A DNA stretch of 64,000 bases from Azolla caroliniana (taxonomy: Eukaryota; Plantae; Polypodiophyta), in NCBI GenBank assembly GCA_043228905.1, contig JBHGNT010000001.1, forward strand, positions 6,386,001 to 6,450,000, read 5' to 3'. The notes below the pieces were generated by a model. The model saw only the letters and a program-made list of their open reading frames with translations. It had not been told where the DNA came from and did not search any database. Both the position numbers and the translations under genes were made by a program. Positions 23,922 to 38,712 of the stretch are shown piece after piece (the first letter of the stretch is position 1; the number at the start of each line of letters is the position of its first letter).

Positions 23922-26900
23922 AGTGTTTTATTTTTGGAGGATAAAGAAATAGGATAGTTACCTCACACATTGATTAGTTGATATTTTCGTGTGCTTATTA
24001 TGTCTTTACCAAGTCGAAGAGGTCATCATGAGTTTTGAGTTTCTACCAACATTGTTAAAAAAGTGAATGATCTAGCATTAGAAGGGTGTTTTTACAAATC
24101 AAATGATATTGATTCCTTAAATTGAAGAAACAAGGTGTGTATGTTCACGCCATTGAAAAGAAAAATCTGATGAGCAACAGCAGCTTGTGTATTGTGAATA
24201 ATTAGCTAGAAACAAAATGAACTTTGAATCTTATGATATAAGCAAAAAACTAGATGTCTGTTTGTTTTTGAAATCTGCTGAACCTTAAATTTGTGCATGA
24301 AAGAAAACCTCCAAAACATTTGTGAGATCACCAAATATACATTGTAAATAAATATTATACTATGTTTAATTTAAATTATGTGCCTGTTTCAATGTTAATA
24401 AGACCAAATTCATTAATGCCTCGGAATATGTAATATCTTTGAAATGTTATTATTTGATAATCCACGTACAAAATAGGAATATCAATATACCCCGGTTAAA
24501 TGTAAAGGAACCAAATTTAGGGTAAAGGAACAGCCCAAATACTAGAAAAACCCTCCAAAAACATTAGGTGTGTGCTCTTTTTTACAAACTCAAATGTAGA
24601 ATACCAACACATAGGTTTAGACCACTTTAGAATGTACAAAGCATGGGCAAACTCGAAGACAGAGCTTTGCCCAAGTTTATGACTACAATTGACACTGTTA
24701 AAACAATAGTATTTGGCATAAAAACAATATCTCGTATATATACACAAATTCACATTTGGACCAACGTGAGTCTGAAAGATTTTATTACTCTATGGCCTAG
24801 AGTTGTGAGCCATTTGTCGAAGTATATAGTTGGTACAGGTACAATGCATCAAATGTGCTGATGAGGATAGAGTTTCCATATGATTCAAATAAGACTTAGA
24901 CTGTCACTTTAGGACATTAATTTCGGTCTAGATTTTCTTTTCTAAAACTCCATGCCTGAAGCTGTATACGAACTCATGTCTTTCCATCCAAGCTTTAAAA
25001 ACTCATCTTCTTCCAATACGGAGTAACCTTGATAAGGAAGCATGCTAAGCAACAAGTTTAACTGGGTGACTGTGTTTCCTCCTAGTGAAACCTTCCCCAA
25101 ATTTCACATTTCTCATCATTTCTCACCAATTTTTAAACTTAACTTCACCACTTCTTGCCGGACCCGAATCGCCATTCTATTCTTCATATCTGTAGATCGA
25201 TCCTTGCTATTCCCTGGATACCATGCCCCCAATGAATCCAACATTACTAAGTTTGTAATGTAAAGTCTCAATAAATCTATTTAGAAACAGACATCCATGG
25301 GTCAAATCTTCCTTGATCCATATCACCGCAGTCGGTTTCAAATGCTGAAAAAACCTTCATTGTCTTTCTATCTGACCTGAAACATCATATAAGGAATGGT
25401 GAAAGCCAATGAATGGATAAGGCATCTACTTATTGGATGTTTAAGTGTTGCCAAATTAAGGTTTCCAGCATTATCTACTATATACCATGGAACTCTGAAT
25501 GGCAAAGATAAATGTGCTTGTTGGGAAATTTGACAAAACTATAATGTCTTTGCTCTATAATCAAGTTTCACCCATGCATCCCAATATGTTGTTGCCTTTA
25601 GGCTTTAACTTTACTTATATATAGATAGGATTATTGGTTTTCTAGCTGGATGAGAGGGGATAGAGCAACCACAAAAGGACTCTAGTGAAATGGGCAACCC
25701 TAGCCATAGGTGATTTACAATTCCTCATTATTAAACCTTGTATTGTGAGAAGCCTTTATTTAGTAGCTTTATCTGGGCTGATCTATTTCTTGATGTTGCA
25801 AGCATCGTAAAAACATGGGAGGTGGTAATTTCCCGAAGCTCTCAATTCTCTTCTTGTAATTGCGAGACTACTAGTCGAAATCTCCAGTAAGACTGCTATA
25901 ATGGTGCTATACTACACTAATCCTAGTTATTTAAATAGAGAATGGCAATTACAGATATTCAAAGGCACTTTTGTTCCTTATTGAAAGCTACTTACACCTT
26001 TTGCTCACTAACCAACGAAAAAAGGACCAAATATGAATCCATACTAGGAGTAAACTGCCATGGTGATTAAAGAGTTGATACTTACTAGGGAAATATATAT
26101 CATTGCATCAATTCACAATCAACATTAACCAAGTGATTTGTTATTCGTAGTGCAACTTTTTCCACATGTATTTACAATGTAGCAATTTGTAACCGATATG
26201 AATTAAGCACTCTTACAGAATTACTTAGACACGCACTTCATAGTTTTAGCTCGCGCAACATAAGTGGCGACATATGCAAGGTTGGCAAAACATGTTTTTA
26301 ATTCAATTCACTTGAAATTCTAATCAATGGGGGGGGTGTACAAGAGATAACATTGCCACCACAAAAGTAAAAAGGGTTCCATTAATGTAATTTAAGCTGC
26401 ATGAAGCCAAAAGAAAGTGTTGTGTCCATGGGAAATCCGAAATAGGGTAAACAAAAATACACAGACAATCACATAAATATACATAGCCATATGATATATC
26501 TATATACATATACATATACATATACATGTACATATGCATGTACATGTACGTATACGGAATTGAATGCCGTATTTATGACGTGGGGCCCGCGTCTGCGGGG
26601 CCCGCATTTAATGCTGCGTCAGCCTGACGTCACACCCCTCGCGCGCGGGCTACAACAAGTTGGCGTGTGTGTGTTTTGTTTGCTTTCTTTGTTTTCTGCT
26701 GTTTTTCTTTTCTTTGATCCAAACTGAGTTTTCCGGCCCAACGTCACGTGTAATTAGTTCGTCGGCTGCCTGCTTTGGTTCGGTTCGGTTCGGTTAGTTG
26801 CTCCGTTCGCCCGGCTCGTTAGTTGGTTGGTTTAGTTAATTCGTTAGCCAGTTAGGTTGAGCTAGTTAGGAGGATGTATCACTGCAGAAAATAAAGTCTG

Positions 26901-27685
26901 TAAAATATTTCATTCCTCAGATACCGGACAAAAAAGGTAATGAATTATGGGATTCGGATACACACCCGCGGATTCCAGTTTCAGAGAAATAATTAATTTC
27001 ATTCATTGAATGGGATGATTATCTTCCGGAATTACACTTCAGAGAGATCCTTTAATCGATGTTTACAAATGGATTGAATCAATTGGCTCTCTATTACATA
27101 CATTCCATACATATGTATATGAATGTGCTAATTAATGTGTATTGAAATTGAGGGTCTCACACACAAAACTTACACGGATTGAATTGAGCGACAAAAATCA
27201 AGGAGATTCGCCATTTTTAACCGGAATTCAAACCTGCAGATTAGCTAGCTAGTTGCAAAAACCAGAATTTGAAAATAATAATAATAATAATAACCAGAAA
27301 TTCTGTACATATACATATACATTACATGTACAGAATTTAAATGTATATAAATACATGTATATATATATATATAAATGTATATAAATGTATATGAGAGGAG
27401 GTCATGAAGTATGTATATCTGTCGTGCGCAAGTGAGGGGAAGGGAGGCACGTGCACGGATGCAAGGAAAATAATACATCATCTTGTTCGATTTATTTATG
27501 TTTTAATGTTCGTATTAATGTAGTAGTATAATCAGACAGTGTGTGATGGAATCGATTGGACAGAGAGAGACCCACACACACACAAATGGATTGCAATGGC
27601 GACTCCTGTCCAGACAACATTTAGTTTAGAAATTTGCAGGAAGTAGCAGGAATTTCTGTTTTATCTTCATTTGTTCTTTATTTCT

Positions 27686-27798
27686 GTTGCGATATTGGCA
27701 CGGCTCAATTGGATCATAAGCACAAATCCCTTCTGCATCTCCTTCTGTGGTGTTGTTTTTGTACAGAGGATCGGATTGAACCGCTTCAATATCGCAAC
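27686..27798 (-). ncRNA. MIR171: MIR171 precursor hairpin; predicted mature miR171 UUGAGCCGUGCCAAUAUCGCA at 27708-27688
   Basis: On the minus strand the 5' arm GTTGCGATATTGAAGCGGTTCAATCCGATC pairs with the 3' arm GATCCAATTGAGCCGTGCCAATATCGCAAC. The 3' arm contains the conserved miR171 core TTGAGCCGTGCCAATATC, and the 5' arm resembles known miR171* sequences (GATATTG..GCGGTTCAATC). Confidence 0.9.
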
Positions 27799-28684
27799 TC
27801 TCTTTAGATTTCGATTCTGACAGAGATTTTTATATGCCACGGGATCACAGTCTGTTTTCTTGCTCTTCCTTCGGATGAGCTCCCCCGTTCGTTTTATTTT
27901 CTTTCCCTTAATTAAATCTTTAAACCCCAAGAATGGTGTTGCGACATTGCAATCTTGATTCAGAGCTTTCATCCGAACCAACAGAAAAAAACAAGAAAGT
28001 TCAGCACAGAAGGGAAAAAAAAAAAAAAAACTCCCCTATTGTTTCCTTTAAAATTCAAAACAGGAAGATGAGAAAGTGAACAGAAGCACGCATTTACGCA
28101 ACAGAAGGAAAGATTCAATTAATCTCTGCCAACAAAACTGCTACAGCAAATTACTTTGAAATAAGCAAGAAAAGTAATCACTGTGAAAAACCCAAGCTGC
28201 AGAATACACATTTGGTTTGTCTTCCTCATCTTCTTCTTTAATTAAACAAATAAATTTATGAAGCACAAACAGACACACACACAGGCACACGCATGTAATT
28301 AAACTCACTTGTTTCGTTCCCTTCCTTCTTCCTCATCGTTAGTAAATCAAGGAAAGACTATGAGAATTAATGAAAAAACAGATAAGAATATTTAATAAAT
28401 GTGCATGTATGCATACATGTGAGCTTATTATGTTTGTAAGGGTCACTGTTATATGAAGTAATAAGGACCTTGAGGAGATAATGAAGGCCAATGATGATCA
28501 CAGAAAACGGATGGCTGCAATCCTCTGTCTTAATACAGTTAATGTTAAGACATGAGGCAGAGAAACAGGGAGAATGAATGAATGAATGAATGAATGGAGA
28601 AACAGAGAAAAGGAACTTAGCAGAACCTACATAGCACACACTGCACACATATATATACATACATGTATCTGTGAATATGTTTTG

Positions 28685-28956
28685 TATGCATTTTTTATGT
28701 TAAGCTTCTATAAATGTGTGTGTGTGTGTAGAGGACATGAATTTCCTGTAAATATATACATATCTATGCATACATATATGTATACATTTCCCTACATACA
28801 TATAATGATATATGTATGTATGTGTTTTATATGCATTTTTTATGTTAAGCTTCTATAAATGTGTGTGTGTGTGTGTGTAGAGGACATGAATTTCCTGTAA
28901 ATATATACATATCTATGCATACATATATGTATACATTTCCCTACATACATATAATG

Positions 28957-28989
<33 letters not shown>

Positions 28990-29023
28990 TGTATGTATGT
29001 ATGTATGTATGTATGTATGTATG
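28685..29023. repeat. Tandem duplication (~145 bp unit) ending in an (ATGT)n microsatellite
   Basis: tatgcattttttatgttaagcttctataaatgtgtg... at ~28685 and ~28830. Confidence 0.85.
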
Positions 29024-31109
29024 TGTTTATTATTGAAAAGGGGCTATATTTCCTTCCATTCAATGAATGATTTTTTCATTATGGGATGGATGTCCATTGA
29101 CCACTCACTTGGCCCTTCTGATTTGATCACTGAATTGTGTGTGTGTGTGTGTGTGTGTGAACCTCAGCACCCTACACGGCTCTTTTTTCGCATACATATT
29201 TTTACTCCATGACCCGGTCACAACCTCGTGAGGCCCCCCTATATGATACTTTCGCGACCCCCATCTCTCCTCGTAATTTTAAAGGGATGTTACCGTCCGG
29301 CCTTTTCAATGTACCTGCTTCCCCTGCTACGGGAGGGTTCTCCGAACACACTCTCGTATACCTCACCATTGCACATGAGCTATTGTTTTTGGTAGATCCA
29401 TCAGATAAACGTCGGAAAAGTATCCTTGTGAATATCCCAGAAACATAGGGGTATTCTAAGGTCTTTTAGTCCATTCAATATGACTTTAACGTTCCTCAGT
29501 ATCCAACTTACAGTTTTTTTTCTCCTCCCGCAAATTAATGACATTGATAGAAGCAAGGCAATCATAGGAGTGTGTGTTAAAGCCTTTATTTATATCCTAG
29601 ATTGAAGTGGGCAATCAACAACACGACTTGTACTGTTGACTATACGTTATCCAATCAACATCACAGCCTTGCACAAGAGAGGATGTTTGATATATGAACA
29701 ACCCTATTGGTTAAGAGTGATACCTAGATTAAGTTCCACAAAGGTACATACCTGGGGGTCCTATTGGAAGTTAGCACGTAGTTGACTCCATGGATGGAGT
29801 TGCATGCATTGTATGCACCTTTGAGCATAAGATGACATTCATCAAAGACTAACCCAAGTCATATGATTCTAACTTTGTTTGTGCATTGTGACTGTAATTT
29901 TACTCGGATTAACTTTGTTTCTACATGCAACCCTACCTAGGAAAAAATATCAATGGATGGAACATGAACCCATCTCCCATGATGACCAATGACAAAGTGA
30001 GCTTCACCTACGTCACCACGTGGTTCAAACTCCCTTGGATGAATATAACAACCCCTAAACTAAAAAGGTTATTCCTCAATATTCTAGTGATCCAACAATC
30101 TTAAAAAGCCACTTCACCTAAAATATTCATCAAGGTCTAGTTCAATTATTTGCTCTTTGCGCATCTAGTTTGGATTCATAGATTGATAGCCTTTAACATA
30201 TGTTGTGTTCTTCTAACACGATGATTATTTTCAAATGTCACATCCTACCTTCAATGAGGCGAGTTGTTGGAACAAGAGAGTTGAACTTCACGGAACTTAA
30301 TCACCAAACTTGGAACACATGAGACAAAATAGGTCAATTAAAGCAGTACATTGTTTAAATGCATGAACTTGAAAGCCATATGTTTTGGTGTCCAAGGGCA
30401 AATTAGTTGATTTCAACAAGCTCAATTCCAACCTTTAAATATTGAATTTTCTCCAAATTTAACAATACCAAGATACCAAGAAAGCTTGAATCTAAATATA
30501 TATGCACAATCTCATGTGTAAACATGTCAAGTACATGTGAATATATTGCAAGATATCCCGAGACATGTTTAGCTATGTCAATTCAACAGGATTTCACTTA
30601 TAAAATATAATCAACAAGAATATAGTAGAAATCAACATTCATGTGTCATATTTAAGGACTTTGCCATTCGGAAGAACAACTCCATACACCAAGAAGGATG
30701 CTTAATTTTCGTGAACCATTTCGTGGGCTTGTTGTTGAGAAGCGGCTATATATAAATTGCTTTAAGGTGATATAATATTGTTTAAGATATCTGGACACAT
30801 ATTTAAGTCGATCGATGGGATTTTTATTTTAAAGGAAATTTGTATGAGTAAAGGATTATAATTATGAGACCTTACACCGATAATCAAAATCCCTCAATTG
30901 TGAACATGTCATCTAGCCACATTTCTTTGTCAAGTTAACGTCTAGCCAAACACCTTGTTTCACATCACCATAAAAACCGAGAGTCGAGACCACAAGATTC
31001 AACAAATAGGCCTCCACAAGTTTAGTTTCCCGATGTTTATAGATGGGGTAATGCACATCAACATCTTTTTTTTAACTTGTATTGTGCTATTCTGGAGTCT
31101 AGACATTCA

Positions 31110-31435
31110 TTATGAATAACCTTGACATAAATAATCACTATCATTGTATAATCGCATAAGAAAAAAGATCCTGAAAATTTCAATTCAAATCATGTAAATT
31201 TGGATGGTCAAAAACTCATGTAGTATGTATTGCAAATGATATAATAACTAATATTCTTTTACACTCATATCACACTATTTTTTATATTCAATATGAGTAA
31301 CCTTGACACACATTATCACTATTGTCGTATAATCACAACAAAAAGAAATTTTTGAGCATGCATTATCAACTATCAACTCAAATCGTGTAATTTTAGATGG
31401 TCAAAAACTCACATATTATTGCAAATGATATAGTA
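31110..31435. repeat. Older, diverged tandem duplication (~180 bp spacing)
   Basis: tatga.taaccttgaca...tatcactat...gtataatc and gatggtcaaaaactca...tattgcaaatgatata each occur twice. Confidence 0.65.
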
Positions 31436-34400
31436 ATTACATGTTGTTGGTTGGATCTGAGAATGTTTTATATCGTGGGAACAAACTTTAACTCCGTGAA
31501 TATATTCACTAATCTTATTTCATAATATTTAACATTTTTCACATCCCACTAAAGAAATGTTTTAGGAACAACATGTTGAGACCTAAATAGAGCCATTTCA
31601 ATGAAGAACACCCTAGGATGATAAATAAATATAAAGACTAATTGAGAACCAAATGGTTACGACACATCTGCCACATGTTGTTAGCAACAATGGAAATAGC
31701 CTTATTAGAGTCACATGCAATTAAGATATTGCAACTATTTGCTTTTTCTTATTTTTCAAAGCATTTATCATCGACGAATATTGCTTCATCCACAAGATTT
31801 TAATATTTCGTTTTTCCTCTTACCTTGTGGAACCTCACGAATGTTCAAAAGAGTATTATATTTGAAATGTATATAGACACTTCCAAAGTGTTGCATGGTA
31901 TTGCAAGTGATAAACCTTCAAGTGATGTGAAACCCCACATATAATGTTTGCACATGTTGCAAACTAGAAACATTCAAAGAGTCGAGGATAAATGCCCCAT
32001 TGTTGTCAAGGAAACATAGCATCCAATATGAACATTCTCGTAGGGAAAAATATGAACATCCAATATTGATCGATACGAATAGTTCGTGTAGTTCAATCGT
32101 AAACAATAGCAAAGTTGCCTTGATTTGTAATATAACAACATTCGAGAGCCCACGAAGACATCAATAGAGAAATATACGTCTGTAATAATAGGAAGTGAAC
32201 CCTACATAACCAAGGACTCCTATATGCCATTGCGATATAGCCAAACATAGTTTGGGGGTTGCAAATCCCATATACGCTTTTTTGGCTAAGAAGGACAAGA
32301 CACACAATAAATGTTTGTAATTGTACATATATGTGACGACATATTTATATGTATCCATAATCTAGTACACGTCAAAATCAGAATTTACGTAGTCTAAGTT
32401 TTCTTCCTAAATGCGAACGAGAAACGCGTAATGAATTCACATGTTAGGAGCATTGCACCATTTGGGCATTAAATGAGTTTGTACATGCACATTGCACATC
32501 AAGTACCCTTACCCTTGCCCTACCTTTTTTTACAATTTTAATTGCTAGGGAGGCATAAAAGCTTCTTGAATCTCACGTTTAATGTTCACCTTGACTTATA
32601 CGCTCTAGGTAATAATCTATGTGAATAGCACCACAGAAAGGAAACCATTTTATTATGGTCGAGCAAAAGTGCAAAAGCTTATACTTATGATTGAGTGTGC
32701 ATATGATGTGCATTGCGCTCTTGTATTTACTTGGTTTATAAAAGGGCGGAGTGTAAGATTGTCTTTTGTGGATCCTCCTGACAAAGACCCCTTGTTCTAT
32801 GACAAATGCCAGTTATTAATGACCCTTTAACATTTTATAGATATAGGTATGTCTTACAAAACATAAAGAAGACAAGGTGTCCTTCTATACCAATTTATTA
32901 TTAGATTTTTTTATGTCTCTTCTTCATAGTTCGAGAGCGACAACTCAAGGCTCTTACTTGCATGCTTTAAAAACAGTACTATAGCTTTGATATTACTTAT
33001 GTTTCCCCTCTTTATCTTAATTTGGCTTTATTATACGATAGTATGAAGTTTGATGAATTGTGCTAGAGATATTTCGCCTTCACATTACAACTCGGTATAT
33101 TTTTTGGTTCATTGCTTGTTGATTTGCATTAGAGCCACACCCCATTGATATAGCATCGATTGTGCAAATCTTGGAAACAATACGTAAGGTGTATGCATAA
33201 AACTTATTCTAAAAAGGTGTTTAAGTTTCTAGCTCTAAGGTTGATTTACATTATGACTACTATGACCACCACTCCCCCACTTCCCTTACTGTTCATCGAG
33301 CAACTTACAAGATATTTGACTACCTATGAATCATTGCCACATGACATTAGAACTTATTGAATGCGAATGTTGCCAACGTATGTGCAGAATAATCCCTCTC
33401 CTTCGAAACTCACTTTATAGCGAGCAGGTTGTTTTCATTCTAATGTTCATATAAGGTGCCTACCCGAGAATCTTTTGCGGCCCCATCATAAATGATTTTA
33501 TCAACCTCTATTTACGCCTATGTGAGTATCCTATCTATGTCCATTGATATCCTAATGTATGAATGCATCGCTTTCATCAACTTTATGGCATCTCATTTAT
33601 TTGCTCGCATACGAGGAGGTCCAATTCAACTATTCACACCTTGTACACATCACATTATGAGCTATGCAGACCTACCGACATTATATGCACACCTATGTGC
33701 AAGGAAATGTTGAGGCGGTTCATCTCATAATTCTTTCTATGTATAGATAGACTTATATAGGATAGATAAGATTATCATGTGCGGACATAATACATTAGTT
33801 AGCTATCAATTATGCACATTTAAACCTCGAGTCATATGGCAATTTATGGTTTTTAAACCTAATTTTGAAAAAAATGATACTTTTTCATGACTCAAATGTA
33901 ACCCATAGCTCTTATACAAAGGGTGTACCCTTATATATATGATCATTTATCAACATGGATGATCGAATGATCATGATTCCTAAATAGTTATCCACGTGGA
34001 TGATACTCTCACTTGCACAATGGTTAAAGAAATTGTTGCTTTGAAATCATGCACCTAAAGAAGTAAAAGTCTATAAATATCTTCACTTCATTTCCTTGAA
34101 TTTGTTTAGGAATGTTGCAAATATATCTACTTGTCTTTATATTATATTAAACTCGGTAGTGAATATTGACATTATCTTTGATCAATGAACTAAGTTGCAC
34201 AAAAATGTGGCTTGATAGAAAAGATTAAGTAAAAAATGGAAGTAGATTCTTAACTTTCAAATTTTCTTTTTTGGGGAATGAACAACAAGATCATACTACA
34301 AAATGAATGTATATTGCTAATTTGCTACAACAATTCACAAAGGACTATGTTTGGACACTTTTATGAGAAAGCATACCCCCTCAATGGTTTGTTGTCACAG

Positions 34401-35133
34401 AGGAGGCCAATGCTTGCTTCAACTACCTTGTTGGTTACTAATTGTTTGATTTTTTATCTTCATTTGGTATTGAGTCCCACCAAGTCATTAATTTTGGGTT
34501 TCAACTACTTTGTGTTAGAAGGAGAATGAACTTACACATTTGTTGGGCACCTCTTTGTGATGTTTTGGATAACAACTATATTGTAACAATTTGTGAAACC
34601 AAGAAGTTCTAAAGAGAGATTACTGGGAATTTTGTAAACACAAACGGGGGGGGGGGGGGGGGGGCAATGGGCATGACAATATCCACATGGGGTTGCATGC
34701 CATGATGGCTTGGTTAGTAATAGATGGTTTGAAATCCTAAGGTGACCAAAGAGTACTCATATCTTCTGGTATTGTAATGAATGCCTATATTATTTATAAC
34801 CCTAATATATGCAAATTTTTATATATAAAAGTTTGACATGACACATGTCAATATCTTTGCTTATTGCAATAATTAAAATTTCAGGCTCCCTTACATATTG
34901 TATCTTATGATTTTATGTCTCAGACTTCAGTCTTTATTGGTGTCCATCTCTATCAACATTTAAACATTCAGACACCACCCAATGATAAATCAATATCTAT
35001 TATATACATTATATCATGCATGCATATACCATGTATTATATATAGACACCCAATCAAGTGTGCAATGAACTTCATGACGTGCATGGCTTGTCATATAGTG
35101 CATTAATGGGAACATGCAAGTTTCAATTAATGA

Positions 35134-35165
<32 letters not shown>

Positions 35166-37870
35166 GGGGCTCTCTATAAAGGTGTCATAAAGTATCATGG
35201 TTCAATTACCTCAACAAAGTGATTATCGTGCATTGTAAAAGCATTGTTAACCGGCCAATAAACACAACTTTAATGTGTGTTTATGTGTGCATATTTGTCT
35301 TCACTTGCAAGCAACACGCTCGTGAATATCTATCATCTCAAATCTTGATTATATATTGGGAATTTAAAGGGCGCCCATGGATATCTCCATCTCAAAAGAA
35401 CTAGGAATGCACATCACTTGCAGAGGGCAAGTTGGAACCCCCTACCTATCATTTCCTAAAGTTAATGAGACATTATCCAACTCTATCTCCTTCGTCCCTC
35501 ACTCAATTTCGAATTATTAGCTTGGAAATTGGGTTCTCCTATTCTTCCTAGGTAAACATGTAAGAAATGAGTCTGTCGGTCCCTAGAGGCTACATTGCCT
35601 AATATCCACATGCAACCATCCATAAAATTGTATTGTACATGTTTATGCTCAAATTTATATTTCGGACCAAAGAATGGTTGAGCAGAAATGAACAAAACAA
35701 TCACCCGTCTACTCGTACATTGACCAATCCCCACCTACATGGCCTATGTTTGAATCAAGGTTGCATCAAACAATCCTGAATGGTGTTGAGGTAAATCAAA
35801 AGAACAAATAGGAAAGAGATGATACATGACAATCATGAGTTAGTAACATGTAGTTTCAAACCCAAAACCAAAAGAATCCCAAAGTGATGGCATATTAACC
35901 AAACATTAAATAACTTCACATAAAACATGTGTTTGAGATAATTCATAGATCCATGCAATAAGTATATTTGGACTTGCTACACTATTAGCCCTCACCACTT
36001 TATCCTATTCTTACCATAGTCGGTGATGTTTACATTGGACGATTCAAACTTCAAAGCATTATCTTGAGAATTTTGCCAATTTTGACCAGACATATATTTT
36101 GATGATTTTATTGCCATCTACAAAGATTGGAGTTTTATCTTGTGATTATTAGTTATCATCAACCCCCATGTTATCATGCATCTCTATCTTCTTATACATA
36201 AGTGCACCCACACTCTAATCTAAAAAGGTCAAGCACAATTGGTCTCCTATGACGTAAAGTTACAACTTGACACATTATAATAAACTATAAGCATAACTTG
36301 CAATATGTTCGAAGCTCAGTGAAGATCACGCAACTTTGATAATTCGTTCATTATCCCCCAAGGTTGTAATCTTGATTTCCAATAGTGTACCAACCTCCAT
36401 CAAATGAAGATACATGATAAATTGTGAGCTTAATCAATCATTTTGTGCTAGAAAATCAATAGTGTACATGTTCATTTACACCCACCGACATGTTACACTT
36501 CCTTTAGATAAGATTTACATTTAGACTTTATGGTACGATTTATATTTTCTTCATGATGATTATCCCTCGATAACTTTGTTTCACCCTTTGATCCTTCCAT
36601 TTCTAGCAGTTCATACTTGGATGATAATTTGAGCTCATCCCAAACTATGGAATGTGAACCAAGTTTAGTAGTAACACTCCCAATCCTAGTTGCCACTTCC
36701 ATTTGTTCTCGAGTGACATGTTCTCAGTAACCTTATTGAATACAAACTTATTCTCTATTTCTCTCATACATTGTTTTAGATTTTACTTGAATGTGACTTT
36801 GATTTCATAAATCATTTTGACATTTTGTAGTCTTTACTTAGGAAGTCACCTCTCTCTCTCTCAACTTTTTTAGTTTCTAGAAGATACTTTTTCTAAAGGC
36901 TCTCATAAATTTACTCGAGATAGTACAAGTCCAAAAGTATAACAATGTTAACTACTTTTGTTTTATACTTTTGCTCACATAGGTCTTTACGGATTTGGAA
37001 GTTGTTAGTATGTATACCATTTCATCTCCTCCAGCCTCCAACACACGACATAAAAATGTTTCACTTTGTTCTATAGCTCATATTTGACCTTCGAGGACAA
37101 TCATAAAGTTTGGTAGTCTATGTCTACCAAACGAAAAAACTTCAAAATTTTATGAAGGCTCAAGGACAATAATAAAGTTTGTTAGTCTATGTCTACCAAA
37201 AGAGAAAATTTCAAAATTTATGGAGAGATAGAAATGGATGAATATTTTGTGTAGATGCTTAATTTACTGGTGCATTGGAGAGAAGTTTGCCACCCTCTAT
37301 GTGGGTTTAACCTCTATTCGACAATAAATGGACAAGGTTGACACATGACCCTTTGGCCAAACCTTACTCGGGATTCAAAAGCACAAGGAATCAACCCTTG
37401 TATTAGCATTGAGATGCAAAAACAATCACACATCATTGCTTTCTTCCATAGCTACACACATCTAGAGACAATAGAGACCAAATCATCAAAGTGAGCAAAT
37501 GAATGTTGATGACAATAAAGACCATGATCATGGATATAAGGCTCATGGGACATACCATCACCAGATCATGGGGATCATTTCTTGCCATACCTATCCACAT
37601 GAGGACACCATGGTGCACCAACCAACCTTAAGACTACAGACGATGTCCAAGAACCATTACTCAACCAATACATATTATTAGTATGCAATTCATGCTTGTA
37701 AACCATCTCAAAAGTCATTCCACTACATGCAATAAGATCACGATGGTGGAACCCAAGGAAATATAGAGTTGTTTTTTTTTTTTTAAGCAATTTGTGTAAT
37801 AGGCCTATTTTGGCCTCTAGTAGTATTATGTCTCACACATAAAATCAATTGTATCTAACTCTAGCATATC

Positions 37871-37905
<35 letters not shown>

Positions 37906-37989
37906 AAAACACAAAATTATATTAATAAATGTGTGTGAAAAACACTATTTACAATGGGTGTCACAATGGAGTATGGTCACCCACTACAT

Positions 37990-38128
37990 GGGTAGTGGAA
38001 CATGTTGAATTGCCAATAGGCAAGACAAACACTCCACCGAGGAAAGATTTTCCGCTTAATAAAGAAAATCGCCACATTAGTACTCCCTTCAACTTTCGGA
38101 GACATGCGTTCACACCATGCCTACCATC
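37990..38128 (+). repeat. Dispersed repeat, same family as the 53655-54107 units
   Basis: gtggaacatgttgaattgccaataggcaagac...aataaagaaaatcgccacat...ccatgcctaccatc aligns by eye with gtggaatatgttgaattt.c.ataggcaagat...aataaacaaaattg.cacat...ccatgtccaccat. Confidence 0.65.
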
Positions 38129-38647
38129 AAATCTCTCTCTCTCTCTCTCTCTCAATTGTGTTTGTTTCTAGAAGAACAACCTTTTCTTAACAACTCTCAC
38201 CCTTAAATTTCCCAAGAGTACAAAATTGCTTGTGTTTTTAAGGCTCTTTGGTACCATTACCTTTATTTATGCTTTTCTTACAACCTGCACATGGCTTCAA
38301 CGCAGAGGTAAATTTCTTCCAAGAGTACATTAGCTCGTTTTCTTAGTTGTGGACAAATTTCTTTAATATTCTTTATCAAGTAAATTATTATATGGAATTT
38401 TTTTGAACTTTGATTGGCTGTCTTCTTCATTAGGAAGACAAGAGTTATAATTTCTCGCATGGTTTCATACATCTTCTTACTTTCCCATAAGGATGTCTAT
38501 TTGATTGACATGGCATTCAAGGCAATCAACATTTAGAATGGATTTTTCATGGCATGTTTTAAAATCTCATGCACTTTCTAGTTTATTGACAATGTTCTTT
38601 GTACCTCGCGCTTGTTTTAATTGAAGGTTCTCTTGTGGTTTGATTCA

Positions 38648-38684
<37 letters not shown>

Positions 38685-38712
38685 AGAGAGATAGAGAGAG
38701 AGAGAGCCCAAA

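Noticed and set aside
24950-25950. Possible degraded LINE retrotransposon
   Set aside because: Composition is suggestive but I could not read any RT or endonuclease motif; needs tBLASTx/RepeatMasker.
31800-32310. Possible transposon-borne Ulp1 protease relic (YWMLCFL..FILDSL) on minus strand
   Set aside because: Only a few residues match, the catalytic His is absent and the frames are broken.
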